From an uncultured Candidatus Saccharibacteria bacterium (GTDB lineage Bacteria > Patescibacteriota > Dojkabacteria > SC72), in assembly GCA_964610125.1 (NCBI GenBank), contig CAZSUV010000002.1, positions 120,940-184,939 on the forward strand: a DNA stretch of 64,000 nucleotides, read 5' to 3'. Under the pieces are notes generated by a model. It did no database searches and was not told the origin of the DNA. It saw only the letters and a program-made list of their open reading frames with translations. The stretch's first letter is position 1, and each line of letters starts with the position of its first letter. Positions 38,017 through 47,000 of the stretch are shown here, piece after piece. The position numbers were made by a program, and so were the translations under genes.

Positions 38017-38775
38017 TTAGCTTTCTTTTTGCAATGTGTTATCTACTATGAAGAATGTTATGGAGTTTAAACCTATTTCCACTGTTTCCAAAACTTTTAT
38101 TCCAACGAGTGTGAGTTTCTCTAATGGATATCTTCTTGGATGTTTTACGATTAATGTTCCTTTGAATTCCTTTGTTTGTGGATCTTTTACTCCATTTAAC
38201 ATCTGCGCGGCCATATTTATAACTCTTTCCATTTTGAAAAGATTCTTTGTATTGTAAAGCTTGTAAGGAGGATCCATGAATACGATATCAAAGGATTGTC
38301 TTTCTTCATCGTTGATCTGTTTGAAAAGATATTCTTCTGCTTTGGCTTTGATGATATCCACCTGTGGTAAGAAACCGGTGTATGCAACATTTCTTTTTAA
38401 TACAAACTCAGCATTCTTAGATGCATCCACTACAGTTGCTTCGCTTGCTCCTCTTGAGAGTGCTTCCAGTGCAAATGATCCTGCTCCAGCATAGAGATCT
38501 AAGACTTTTTTGTTTACTACATCTTCTCTTAGAATATCAAATATTCTTACTTTCATTCTGTCAGTTAGAGGTCTTGTGGTTTTTGGAATATCTATTCGAT
38601 AGTTCTTAGCTTTTCCTCCTGTGATTCGTACAAATGTGTTAATAGTAGGTTCTTTGCCTAGTAATCGCTTTTTAAGAAACGTGTCTTCTCTCTCCTCAAA
38701 TTCTTCTGGAGTTTCGACATGCCATTTATTTTTATCTTTTCTTATTTTTTTGAATGATTCAACTTTTAAACTCAT
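38017..38775 (-). CDS. rsmD: 16S rRNA m2G966 methyltransferase RsmD-like
   Basis: 'GGKAKNYRIDIPKTTRPLTDRMKVRIFDIL' is present. 'VLDLYAGAGSFALEALSRGA' is the SAM motif I and 'FMDPPY' is also present. There is an N-terminal extension of about 45 aa. Confidence 0.75.
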   Translation of the reverse strand: MSLKVESFKKIRKDKNKWHVETPEEFEEREDTFLKKRLLGKEPTINTFVRITGGKAKNYRIDIPKTTRPLTDRMKVRIFDILREDVVNKKVLDLYAGAGSFALEALSRGASEATVVDASKNAEFVLKRNVAYTGFLPQVDIIKAKAEEYLFKQINDEERQSFDIVFMDPPYKLYNTKNLFKMERVINMAAQMLNGVKDPQTKEFKGTLIVKHPRRYPLEKLTLVGIKVLETVEIGLNSITFFIVDNTLQKES

Positions 38776-38794
38776 GGCATGTATTATACTACAA

Positions 38795-41700
38795 TTAATT
38801 CAATTTGACGCCATTTAGACCCAGGCCTTCTAATTTAAACGATGCAAAGGTATCTGCAAATTGAGCAGTTGGAGACCAATCGCTTGCGGAGTCATCTGTG
38901 TCCCAGAATTTTATACGCCAGTACAAAGTCACGTTTGAGTTTGTAAGTGCTATCCCTGCATATGGATATAGTGAGGATCGTGTTCCACTCGCAACTGTGG
39001 TAGATGTTTTCCCAGAATCCCACATAATTGTTCCAGTAAAAAATGCGTTGCTGTTTACTTGTATTTGGTATGCAGCTGCATTATCCATATTAGGATCAGA
39101 ATAGATCGCAGTGAAATATGGGGGTATGTGTGTAAGAGATGGTGGGTTTACCATGGTATTTGTTTGTAATGATGTTGGTGTATCTGGAATTCCTTGCATA
39201 GTAAATTGATTTGTAGCAGACCAGACGCCTTCTGCATTATTGTTGTCCCAGAATTTTATTTTCCAGTAATATATTTCTCCTTCATTTAATGTAGAGCCTG
39301 TGTATGTAATATCTCCGGATCTAGTACCATTTGTAATTTCTGAGATTGAAGTTTTCGATGAATTCCACATACTAGTTCCAGTAAAATTCGATGCTGTATT
39401 TACAAGAATTTGATAGTAAGCTCCTGTATCTGATGTGTCAGGATCATTAAATATGGCAGAGAATGTTGGAGTGGCAGAGGTTACTTTGGTTGGGTTCGTT
39501 GCATCTTGGCAATATGGTATTGTCGGCTCTGTAGGAAGAGCATTTGTAGTGAATTGGGCAGTTGATGACCAAGAACCTTCATTTGAAGTCGATTTGTTGT
39601 CCCAAAATTTTACCCTCCAATAGTATGTTGTTCCGTCTTGTAAGGAACTTCCTGCATATACCATATCTGAAGATCGATAACCATTCCAAATAGCTTGGGA
39701 AAAAGCAGTTTTTGTAGAATCCCACATAATTGTTCCAGTAAAATCTGCCATTGTGTTCACCTGTACTTGATAGTAGTTTCCTGTGTTAAAAGCGTTAGAA
39801 TCACTAAATATCGCAGTGAACTCTGGAGTAGAATCAATTACGCTAGTTGGATTGGTTTGTCCCTCGGTTTGTAAAGAAGATGGTGCATCTGGGGCGATAT
39901 TACTAACCTCTTCTGATCCGAATGTGAATGTTTGGGAGGTTTTCCTTTGGTAGAAAGGAGTTTCAATATATGCGGGGACATTAGAGGCTGATGCTGTTGT
40001 TGTTGAACAAGAATGAGTGTGCATTGAAGCTGCTGCTGATATTGCTCTACTACCAGTACTATTATATCCACCCCCAGGATTTGTAACTATAGTTACGGAA
40101 TGTGTATGTGTAGCAGCCCCTCCTGTTCCACCTTGCGTAGCTGCTCCTCGTGGAAATAGGTTATCGAGAGCTGTATACCTTGTCCAACCCAAGGGTGGTG
40201 CACTTGTTGTCATACTGATTAATCCAGATATTGCGTAACCAGTGGTATCTTTCGCGGCATAAATCATATCAAGATATGGAGGAACTGAGTTTCCTGAATC
40301 AGTTGATCCATTGGCTGTTGTATGAGTATGCTCTCCTGCCCCGTTGTCTCCACCCGGGGAGTCGTTTCTTGTGCCTGAACCACCTGTGGTATATCCACCA
40401 GTAGTTGTATGTGTATGTGTAGTAGCTCCGCCTGTTCCTCCATATGTGCTAGCACCTCTGGCAAATTTACTGTCCAATGCTGAAAATCTTGTCCAGCCTG
40501 ATGGAGTACTTGTGAACAGTGTGACCATGCCAGCATCAATATTTAAATCCGGATTAACGCAATAGACCATATCAAGGTATGGAGGGGCGTTTGTTACATT
40601 ATCAACGCTAACCATAGCATTTGTGTGTGTGTGTGATGGGGAAGATGTTGCTCCTCCAGAATCACTTTGTGTATATGCTGATGCACTTGGTCCTCCGGTT
40701 GTACAGCTAGGAGTACCATTGTTGTGTGTTGCAGAGCCACCATTTGTTCCAAATGTAGCTGCACCATAGGTGTATTTCCCATCATATTCTGTTTTGCGTG
40801 TCCATCCTGTTGGGCAGCTAGTATTGTTAAGAAGCATAAATTCTCCAGTCCATGATTCTTCTGAATTTGTGGTAGAAGAATTACCATAATACATATAGAT
40901 TGTTTTACCCCCGACAGTGAGAGAGGGTATCTGTACCCAGACCTGTGTTGCTGAAGTATTGCATCCTCCTTCTACCCAATATTTTAAAGTAGTTGTTTCA
41001 TCACTATCTGTGAATATTAAATCATCGCAATCTCCTTGCATTTTACCTGCAGTTATTAAGGAAGCTGTATCTATTAGAACTAGAACATCTTCGTTAGTAA
41101 GAGTCGATCCACTTGTATTACTTACGAGAACAGGTCTTCTATATGATAAATTTACGCTTTGCCATGTACCCCTATCAGTGGAAAATTGCGCTACAGAAGA
41201 CCAATCACTAACCTTTGATCCCTGATTACTATTATCCCAGAATCTGATTCTCCAGTAATATGTTGTTCCTTCTTGTAGAGCAGAACCGGCATATGATATA
41301 TCCTGAGATCTATTACCATTTGTGATAGATGGAGAGAGTGTTGTTTGGGTTGAATCCCACATAATTGTCCCAGTAAAATCCGATGCTGTATTTATTTGTA
41401 TTTGGAAGTAGATTGCCGAATCTGAGGCGTTTGGGTCTGTATATATTGCACTAAATTTTGGAGTATTATTTGTAATTTCTGAAGGATTGGTTGTCCCATC
41501 TGTAAGTAATGAAGTTGGTGCATCAGGTGCGTCATTCCGTGTTTCTTCGGAATTTATTGTTATGGATTGAGAGGTCTTCTTTTGTATGAATATTGTTTCT
41601 ATATATGGTGGATTGTTTGAAACATCTGTTGTTGTAGTAGCAGAAGTGGTATGTGTATGTGCTCTTGGTTTGTTTGTTGTAGGAGTTGTAGTTGCGCAAG

Positions 41701-42931
41701 TTACGGAGCCAACAATGGCACCCGAAGTTCTGGACCCAATTGAATGGTTATGTGTTGCAGCTCCACCAGTAGTTCCAAATGTATCCAATCCTTCTGGAAA
41801 ATATCCATTAAGGGCGGAATATTGTGTCCAACCCATTGGCGGAACTGTGTTTGTCATCATTATTATTCCTGAAGATCCTTTTATATCTGCATTTGCTTCC
41901 CCATATATTACCGTTTTAAACACTGGAATTTGAGTTCCAGAACCAGTGGAGAATGAGGCAAAGGTATGATAGTGTGTTGAAGATGCTGTGGCAGTTGATC
42001 CTGTGGCACATTGAGCTGTTGCACTCGGAACAGGTGTATTTACTGCAGTTACAGTATGAGTATGTGAACTTGTTGTACTTGTTCCACCATATGTTGCCTC
42101 TCCTCTAGGAAATTTACTGTCCAATGCCGAAAATCTTGTAAATCCAGATGGAACTGTAGTATCGAAAATTGCTACAGAATCTTGCTTTACAATTAGTTTG
42201 TCGCTAGAACAAAAGATCATGTTTAAATATGGTGGAAGAACGTTCGAAGCTGTTTGTGTAACGAAACTTACATTCCCATGATTATGGAAAGCTGCAATGT
42301 TTAAATTTGTTCCAGTTTTAGTGGCACTTCCAGATGATACTGTCGAAGTTGCCATGGTGTAGCTTCCATGATCATGGGAACTTGATCCACCGGTAGCTCC
42401 ATAGGTTGGATCTGCTAACGGGAATCTTTGATAGAAATCTCCTCCCGTATTTGATTCGGTTGTCCAACCAGAATCACAAGCAGTATCTTTCATAAGGATG
42501 AATTTCCCAGCCCATGATTCTTCATTATTCCCAGCGGAAGGATTACCATAATACATATAGATAGTTTTTCCCCCGGCAGTTAACGATGGTATTCTAACCC
42601 AAACTTGAGTAGTAGCAGTATTACATCCTCCCTCAATCCAATATGCTAAATATGTACTGTCATCACTGTCAGTGAATCTAAGATCTGCACAAGTAGTCTG
42701 AAGTTTACTTGCACCAATTAATGTCGCAGTATCTATTTCTACTAATACTTCTTCATTAGTTAATGTAGAACCAGCATTCGCTACTGCAATGGACTTCCGA
42801 TATAGCCAGCTATCATCTTTCCAACCTAATACATCAGCTTTATCTTTTGTAATGAAATAATACGCAAGTCCAGCGCCAGCTACGACGAGAGTAGAAATAC
42901 CAATTAGGATTGTTTTCTTAGACAGTTTCAT
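38795..42931 (-). CDS. giant (1378 aa) repetitive cell-surface protein with DUF2341-like, phage-tail-collar-like and FN3-like modules
   Basis: It has an N-terminal signal anchor 'KKTILIGISTLVVAGAGLAYYFI'. Two DUF2341-like segments read 'WLYRKSIAVANAGSTLTNEEVLV...DLRFTD...VWVRIPSL...KTIYMYYGN' and 'LSYRRPVLVSN...'. About nine collar-like units have the form 'PP.GWT.[FY]SALD..FPRG..T.GGTGG..THTH...PPY[LI][DE]'. Four FN3-like units read 'APDAP..L.T.G.TNP...TP.F[ST]AI[YF].D...D...Y.QIQVNT...FTGT.MWDS.KT...YYWR[IV][KR]FWDN'. Confidence 0.8.
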   Translation of the reverse strand: MKLSKKTILIGISTLVVAGAGLAYYFITKDKADVLGWKDDSWLYRKSIAVANAGSTLTNEEVLVEIDTATLIGASKLQTTCADLRFTDSDDSTYLAYWIEGGCNTATTQVWVRIPSLTAGGKTIYMYYGNPSAGNNEESWAGKFILMKDTACDSGWTTESNTGGDFYQRFPLADPTYGATGGSSSHDHGSYTMATSTVSSGSATKTGTNLNIAAFHNHGNVSFVTQTASNVLPPYLNMIFCSSDKLIVKQDSVAIFDTTVPSGFTRFSALDSKFPRGEATYGGTSTTSSHTHTVTAVNTPVPSATAQCATGSTATASSTHYHTFASFSTGSGTQIPVFKTVIYGEANADIKGSSGIIMMTNTVPPMGWTQYSALNGYFPEGLDTFGTTGGAATHNHSIGSRTSGAIVGSVTCATTTPTTNKPRAHTHTTSATTTTDVSNNPPYIETIFIQKKTSQSITINSEETRNDAPDAPTSLLTDGTTNPSEITNNTPKFSAIYTDPNASDSAIYFQIQINTASDFTGTIMWDSTQTTLSPSITNGNRSQDISYAGSALQEGTTYYWRIRFWDNSNQGSKVSDWSSVAQFSTDRGTWQSVNLSYRRPVLVSNTSGSTLTNEDVLVLIDTASLITAGKMQGDCDDLIFTDSDETTTLKYWVEGGCNTSATQVWVQIPSLTVGGKTIYMYYGNSSTTNSEESWTGEFMLLNNTSCPTGWTRKTEYDGKYTYGAATFGTNGGSATHNNGTPSCTTGGPSASAYTQSDSGGATSSPSHTHTNAMVSVDNVTNAPPYLDMVYCVNPDLNIDAGMVTLFTSTPSGWTRFSALDSKFARGASTYGGTGGATTHTHTTTGGYTTGGSGTRNDSPGGDNGAGEHTHTTANGSTDSGNSVPPYLDMIYAAKDTTGYAISGLISMTTSAPPLGWTRYTALDNLFPRGAATQGGTGGAATHTHSVTIVTNPGGGYNSTGSRAISAAASMHTHSCSTTTASASNVPAYIETPFYQRKTSQTFTFGSEEVSNIAPDAPSSLQTEGQTNPTSVIDSTPEFTAIFSDSNAFNTGNYYQVQVNTMADFTGTIMWDSTKTAFSQAIWNGYRSSDMVYAGSSLQDGTTYYWRVKFWDNKSTSNEGSWSSTAQFTTNALPTEPTIPYCQDATNPTKVTSATPTFSAIFNDPDTSDTGAYYQILVNTASNFTGTSMWNSSKTSISEITNGTRSGDITYTGSTLNEGEIYYWKIKFWDNNNAEGVWSATNQFTMQGIPDTPTSLQTNTMVNPPSLTHIPPYFTAIYSDPNMDNAAAYQIQVNSNAFFTGTIMWDSGKTSTTVASGTRSSLYPYAGIALTNSNVTLYWRIKFWDTDDSASDWSPTAQFADTFASFKLEGLGLNGVKLN
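39542..42814 (-). repeat. internal tandem duplication within the giant gene (two units of roughly 1.6 kb, DUF2341-collar-FN3), plus further FN3-like repeats at 38867-39529
   Basis: Unit 1 is about 41162-42814 and unit 2 about 39542-41155 (residues about 40-590 and 593-1130). The similarity is visible at both protein and DNA level. Plus-strand ORF-track entries at 40017-40238 and 40344-40565 carry near-identical antisense repeat translations ('CVCVAAPPVPPCVAAP...', 'CVCVVAPPVPPYVLAP...'); a related antisense translation appears at 41586-41933. Confidence 0.6.
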
Positions 42932-42952
42932 TAGTATATATATTACCAGAAA

Positions 42953-43411
42953 CTATGCCTTTTCTCTCGTAATTTCATACAAAATAATACTGGCACAGTT
43001 TGCTACATTTAGAGACTCTTTCTTGCCCCTCATTGGTATGAAAATTTTCTTATCACACCCTTTTAATATCTCTTCATCTACCCCAATTTTTTCATGACCT
43101 AAGACAATAGCTACTTCGTTAGGATATTCAACTTTCTGAAAGTTTTCAGCATCATCGGTAAGTTCTATGGAATAGATAGGGATATTCTTTGCTTTTAACT
43201 CATCTAATGCTTCTTGAGTAGTATCGTAGTGCTCGGATGGGACCATTTCTGTGGCACCTAATGCAGTTTTATCTAGCTTAGGATTATCAATTGGTGATGT
43301 CATTCCACAAAGGTATATTTTTTCTACACTCCCTGCTCCATCCGAAGTTCTAAATATACTTCCCACATTAAACACCGATCTTATATTGTCTAAAACTACA
43401 TGGATTTTCAT
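42953..43411 (-). CDS. SpoU-class (TrmH/TrmL-like) RNA 2'-O-methyltransferase, short form
   Basis: It is 152 aa, with 'VLDNIRSVFNVGSIFRTSDGAG' (SPOUT motif 1), 'IVLGHEKIGV' and 'LNVANCASIILYE'. Confidence 0.7.
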   Translation of the reverse strand: MKIHVVLDNIRSVFNVGSIFRTSDGAGSVEKIYLCGMTSPIDNPKLDKTALGATEMVPSEHYDTTQEALDELKAKNIPIYSIELTDDAENFQKVEYPNEVAIVLGHEKIGVDEEILKGCDKKIFIPMRGKKESLNVANCASIILYEITREKA

Positions 43412-45411
43412 CTAAAAAGATTTTCTAAAATATCATCGACGCTATTATCCGTTATTAGTAGCTCTCTTGCAACCTTTCTTGCCTTTTTTAATGTTTCTAA
43501 ATCATGTATTGAAGCTACCTTGAAGTTTGGAATACCTGATTGTCTTGTACCATATACTTCTCCAGGGCCTCTTCTTTGTAAATCGTAATCTGCAACTTCA
43601 AAGCCAGATGGATGTGAAGCGAAGTATTGTAATCTCTCTTTTACATCTGTATCTTCTACAGTTTCTTGTCCAGGTATAACATAGCAGTAGGATTGCATAT
43701 CATTACGGCCAATTCTTCCTCGGAGTTGGTGTAATTGTGCTAATCCAAAGCGTTCAGCATTTTCAATGACCATCATTGTAACGTCGGGAATATCTATACC
43801 AACTTCTATAACTGTTGTAGATATTAATATATTGTATTGTTTGTCTCTAAAATCATTTAATATCTGCTCTTTATCTTTTGGCTTAAGTTTGCCGTGCATA
43901 AAGGCTACTTTCATATTTGGGTATTTTTCTTGAAGTGCATTGAATTCATTTAAAACAGATTTAACGGCTGTCTTTTCAGATTCTTCGATGAGTGGGTATA
44001 TGACGAAGGCTTGCTCTTTGAAATTCGAATCTTTAATTTTTTTAACTATCCAATCAAAACAATCATTTCGCTTGGTATATGGTGTGTAATATGTCTTTAT
44101 CTCTTTCCTATCCGCGGGTTTTTCTTTAATCTCTGATACATCCAAATTCCCAAAGAATATTTCAGTCAGACTTCTTGGGATTGGAGTTGCGGTCATCGTT
44201 AAGTAGTGAGGTGTATTCTTTGTTTTAGTTTTTAAATATTTCCTTTGTTCTACACCAAATCTATGCTGTTCATCAATTACAACAAGGTTTAAATCAGATG
44301 GAAGCTCTTGTTGGTAAAGGATTGCATGGGTACCAATTATTAATTTGTTGTTAGCATCTGTAATTGTTTTCTCGGAGGAGATACACAATTCGACTTGAAT
44401 GTTGAATTCTTTAAAAAGTTTTTTGAATGTTTCAAAATGTTGGGTAGCCAATACTGTCGTAGGAGCTATTAATATCGCTGAATAGCCGGCACTGATTGTA
44501 TTTAATATCGCTATGGCTGACACAACAGTTTTACCACTTCCTACATCTCCATTGAGTAGCCTATTCATTGGTTTTTCCTTGGATATTTCGTCAAGGATAA
44601 CTTCTAATGCACTATTCTGATCCTCAGTGAGGGTATATGGTAGTGATTTTATGAACTGATTAGTTAGTTTCGTATCTATCTTTATTGCTTTTGCCTTTTC
44701 TTTTTTCTGCTCTGATATTTCCTTCTCAATTCTAAATGCAATCTTAAGCATTTCATCAAAGGAGAGGCGCTCTCTTGCTGAGATAATTTCATCATTTGAT
44801 TCTGGAAAATGGATTTTCTCAATCGAGTCTGGAAGCGTAATGAGATTGTTTTGTACTAATATTCTATCCTCTAGAGGATCCGCTATTAACTGCTTAATAT
44901 CTGGTTTTAGTTCTTTAATCTTTGTTCTAAGTATTCTTGAAGAAAGTCCTTTAGTTTCGGAGTATACGCTTATTAATTTTCCAAGATGAGTTTGTTGAGA
45001 TACATCATCTTTTAATTTTTCAATCTTAGGGTTGTATATATTTCTCTTCCCTGCTTTTACAGTAACTTGTCCATTAAAAAGATAGAGTTCTCCAATAGTT
45101 AATGTTTTGGAAAGATATGGTTGATTGAAATATATTAAACTGATTGTATCTGTGTCATCCTTCACTCTTACTGTAGTTATCTGCTTTTTGAATCTGGTAT
45201 AGAAGGTTTTGACACTTACAATCTCGGCTATGAAAGTGCCCTTTCCTGCAATTAGAAATTGCTCAATTGAAAGCACCTCTGAAGTGTCTTGATATTTGTA
45301 TGGTATATGGAAGAGTAAGTCTTTGATTGTAAAGATATTTAGCTTCTCAAATTTAGAAGCTAAAGCCTCGCCTATTCCTTTGATTTGAGTGATATTGGAA
45401 TTTGAATCCAT
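43408..45411 (-). CDS. recG: ATP-dependent DNA helicase RecG
   Basis: The N-terminus 'IKGIGEALASKFEKLNIFTIKDLLFHIPYKY' matches RecG. 'GDVGSGKTVVS' is the Walker A motif and 'VIDEQHRFG' and 'QLRGRIGR' are also present. The protein is 667 aa. Confidence 0.9.
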   Translation of the reverse strand: MDSNSNITQIKGIGEALASKFEKLNIFTIKDLLFHIPYKYQDTSEVLSIEQFLIAGKGTFIAEIVSVKTFYTRFKKQITTVRVKDDTDTISLIYFNQPYLSKTLTIGELYLFNGQVTVKAGKRNIYNPKIEKLKDDVSQQTHLGKLISVYSETKGLSSRILRTKIKELKPDIKQLIADPLEDRILVQNNLITLPDSIEKIHFPESNDEIISARERLSFDEMLKIAFRIEKEISEQKKEKAKAIKIDTKLTNQFIKSLPYTLTEDQNSALEVILDEISKEKPMNRLLNGDVGSGKTVVSAIAILNTISAGYSAILIAPTTVLATQHFETFKKLFKEFNIQVELCISSEKTITDANNKLIIGTHAILYQQELPSDLNLVVIDEQHRFGVEQRKYLKTKTKNTPHYLTMTATPIPRSLTEIFFGNLDVSEIKEKPADRKEIKTYYTPYTKRNDCFDWIVKKIKDSNFKEQAFVIYPLIEESEKTAVKSVLNEFNALQEKYPNMKVAFMHGKLKPKDKEQILNDFRDKQYNILISTTVIEVGIDIPDVTMMVIENAERFGLAQLHQLRGRIGRNDMQSYCYVIPGQETVEDTDVKERLQYFASHPSGFEVADYDLQRRGPGEVYGTRQSGIPNFKVASIHDLETLKKARKVARELLITDNSVDDILENLFR

Positions 45412-45417
45412 TCCCTA

Positions 45418-45528
45418 TTATATATTAATAAGGGTAAGAATAATTGGTACAAGTATTCCACCTAGTAATATGATAGCTGTGGCTACATTGATAACATTAC
45501 GAATTTTTTTAGATGTTTCTCTTTTCAT
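45418..45528 (-). CDS. small (36 aa) single-TM protein between rel/spoT and recG
   Basis: It was found by hand translation as 'MKRETSKKIRNVINVATAIILLGGILVPIILTLINI'. Its start is 14 nt after the rel/spoT stop and its stop is 6 nt before the recG start. It is below the ORF-track length cutoff. Confidence 0.4.
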   Translation of the reverse strand: MKRETSKKIRNVINVATAIILLGGILVPIILTLINI

Positions 45529-45541
45529 ATTGACTATATTA

Positions 45542-46945
45542 TCAATTTTTTTGATGCTTTAAAATATTCTTTAATATTTTTTCTTTTGAACTTTGAGAAT
45601 TGACGGATTGTAAAGCATTTACATCCTGAAATCTTTTATCTTTTTGTGTTTTTATTTCAACCAAATCGCCTGTTTTTATCTCTTGTCCAAGTTTTGCGGC
45701 ATTATTATTTATTTTTACTCCTACCGCACTATTCCCTATTTGTGAGTGTATTCGATATGCGAAATCTAAAGCGGTATCTCCTTTGGAGAGTGGAATTATC
45801 TCTCCTTTAGGAGTAAATGCAAAGATATCTTCAGGGAAGAGATTTACTTCGATTGGAGAGTTATTTTCTTCTTTTCTGTTTTGTATATTCTTTTCTATTC
45901 CTTTGTGTACCTCTTCTACCCAACTGTATTTGTCAGTAGGATTGGCATATCTGCTCTTGCTTGCTTTGTATGCGATATGTGAAGCTTGACCATATGTATT
46001 GGTATAGTGCATGGCATCTGTGAGGACCTGCACCTCTATTTCTAAATCTGAAATTTCAGGGAATTTAACTAGACTGTGTATTGCCATGTATCCATTGGGC
46101 TTTGGGTTTGAAATGTAATCATCAAATTTATCGATATTGAGTTCGCCATAGTCCATCAATTTCTCAAGTACTTTGTAGCAAGTATTTATATCTTTTGGTA
46201 CGCATCTAAATGCCATTAGGTCATCAATGGATTTAATGTTTGGAGCTTTCCATTCCTTTTCATACTTCTTTAACTTATTGTAGACACTGTACTTGCTTTT
46301 TATCCTTCCATATATCTCAACATCAAGACCTTCGGTTTTTGATTTAAGAAAGGATATGTATTTCTCCAGAAGCTTTTGATCAATACTATTTGCATCATAT
46401 CTTTCATCAATAGCTTGATATTCCACAGGGAGAGTTAATTGGAATGCTCTTTCATCTATTTCGGTTTTGAGACTCCCAAGATCTAGTAGCTCTGCAATTT
46501 CAGCATATATTGTCTGTGCTTGTCTAAAATATATCTTTTTGTATCCTTCATTTACTGATTCTGGATTTCTCACCTTATCAAGTACACTTGCGAGTTTTAT
46601 GATTACAGATCTTAAATCCTTTGCATTATTTAAAATATATTTAGTTATGATTTCATCCTTGGTATCTTCATTTTTAGTTGTAGCCTCTATGACCCTCACT
46701 CCCTTTACAATATTTTGTACTGCCTCTGATTGTTCAGCATCTTTATTTGCATCATGAAGCAGTGCTGCAATGATTGTAGTGGTATCAAATCCAAGTTCTG
46801 CAATTATGAGTGCAGTTCCCAATAGATGCTTTTGCATTTTGAAATCCAACGAAGAGATCGAAGTCATAACTTTGAGAATTTCATCCTTAAACTTCTGAGG
46901 ACTATTCTGTAATATCTTTTGTTGTATTTTTTCTAATTCTTCCAT
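45542..46945 (-). CDS. rel: RelA/SpoT-family (p)ppGpp synthetase/hydrolase, short form
   Basis: The HD domain is 'HLLGTALIIAELGFDTTTIIAALLHDANKD'. The synthetase region is 'RIKSKYSVYNKLKK...IDDLMAFRCV...NPKPNGYMAIHSL'. The TGS domain is 'IFAFTPKGEIIPLSKGDTALDFAYRIHSQIGN'. The protein is 467 aa and has no ACT domain. Confidence 0.8.
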   Translation of the reverse strand: MEELEKIQQKILQNSPQKFKDEILKVMTSISSLDFKMQKHLLGTALIIAELGFDTTTIIAALLHDANKDAEQSEAVQNIVKGVRVIEATTKNEDTKDEIITKYILNNAKDLRSVIIKLASVLDKVRNPESVNEGYKKIYFRQAQTIYAEIAELLDLGSLKTEIDERAFQLTLPVEYQAIDERYDANSIDQKLLEKYISFLKSKTEGLDVEIYGRIKSKYSVYNKLKKYEKEWKAPNIKSIDDLMAFRCVPKDINTCYKVLEKLMDYGELNIDKFDDYISNPKPNGYMAIHSLVKFPEISDLEIEVQVLTDAMHYTNTYGQASHIAYKASKSRYANPTDKYSWVEEVHKGIEKNIQNRKEENNSPIEVNLFPEDIFAFTPKGEIIPLSKGDTALDFAYRIHSQIGNSAVGVKINNNAAKLGQEIKTGDLVEIKTQKDKRFQDVNALQSVNSQSSKEKILKNILKHQKN

Positions 46946-46972
46946 AATTAAAAAATCCCCATGTTGGGGATT
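46946..46972 (-). terminator. rho-independent terminator downstream of tyrS
   Basis: 'AATCCCCAtgtTGGGGATT' is a perfect 8-bp stem. On the minus strand it is followed by TTTTTAATT. Confidence 0.55.
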
Positions 46973-47000
46973 AATATTTAAAATATTTTTTCCCCTGGAG

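Noticed and set aside
40017-40565. Plus-strand ORFs 40017-40238 and 40344-40565 inside the giant gene, each starting 'CVCV[AV]APPVPP...', with a related antisense ORF at 41586-41933
   Set aside because: They are antisense shadow ORFs of the repeated collar-like units of the minus-strand 1378-aa gene. Their near-identity reflects the internal duplication and does not indicate separate genes.
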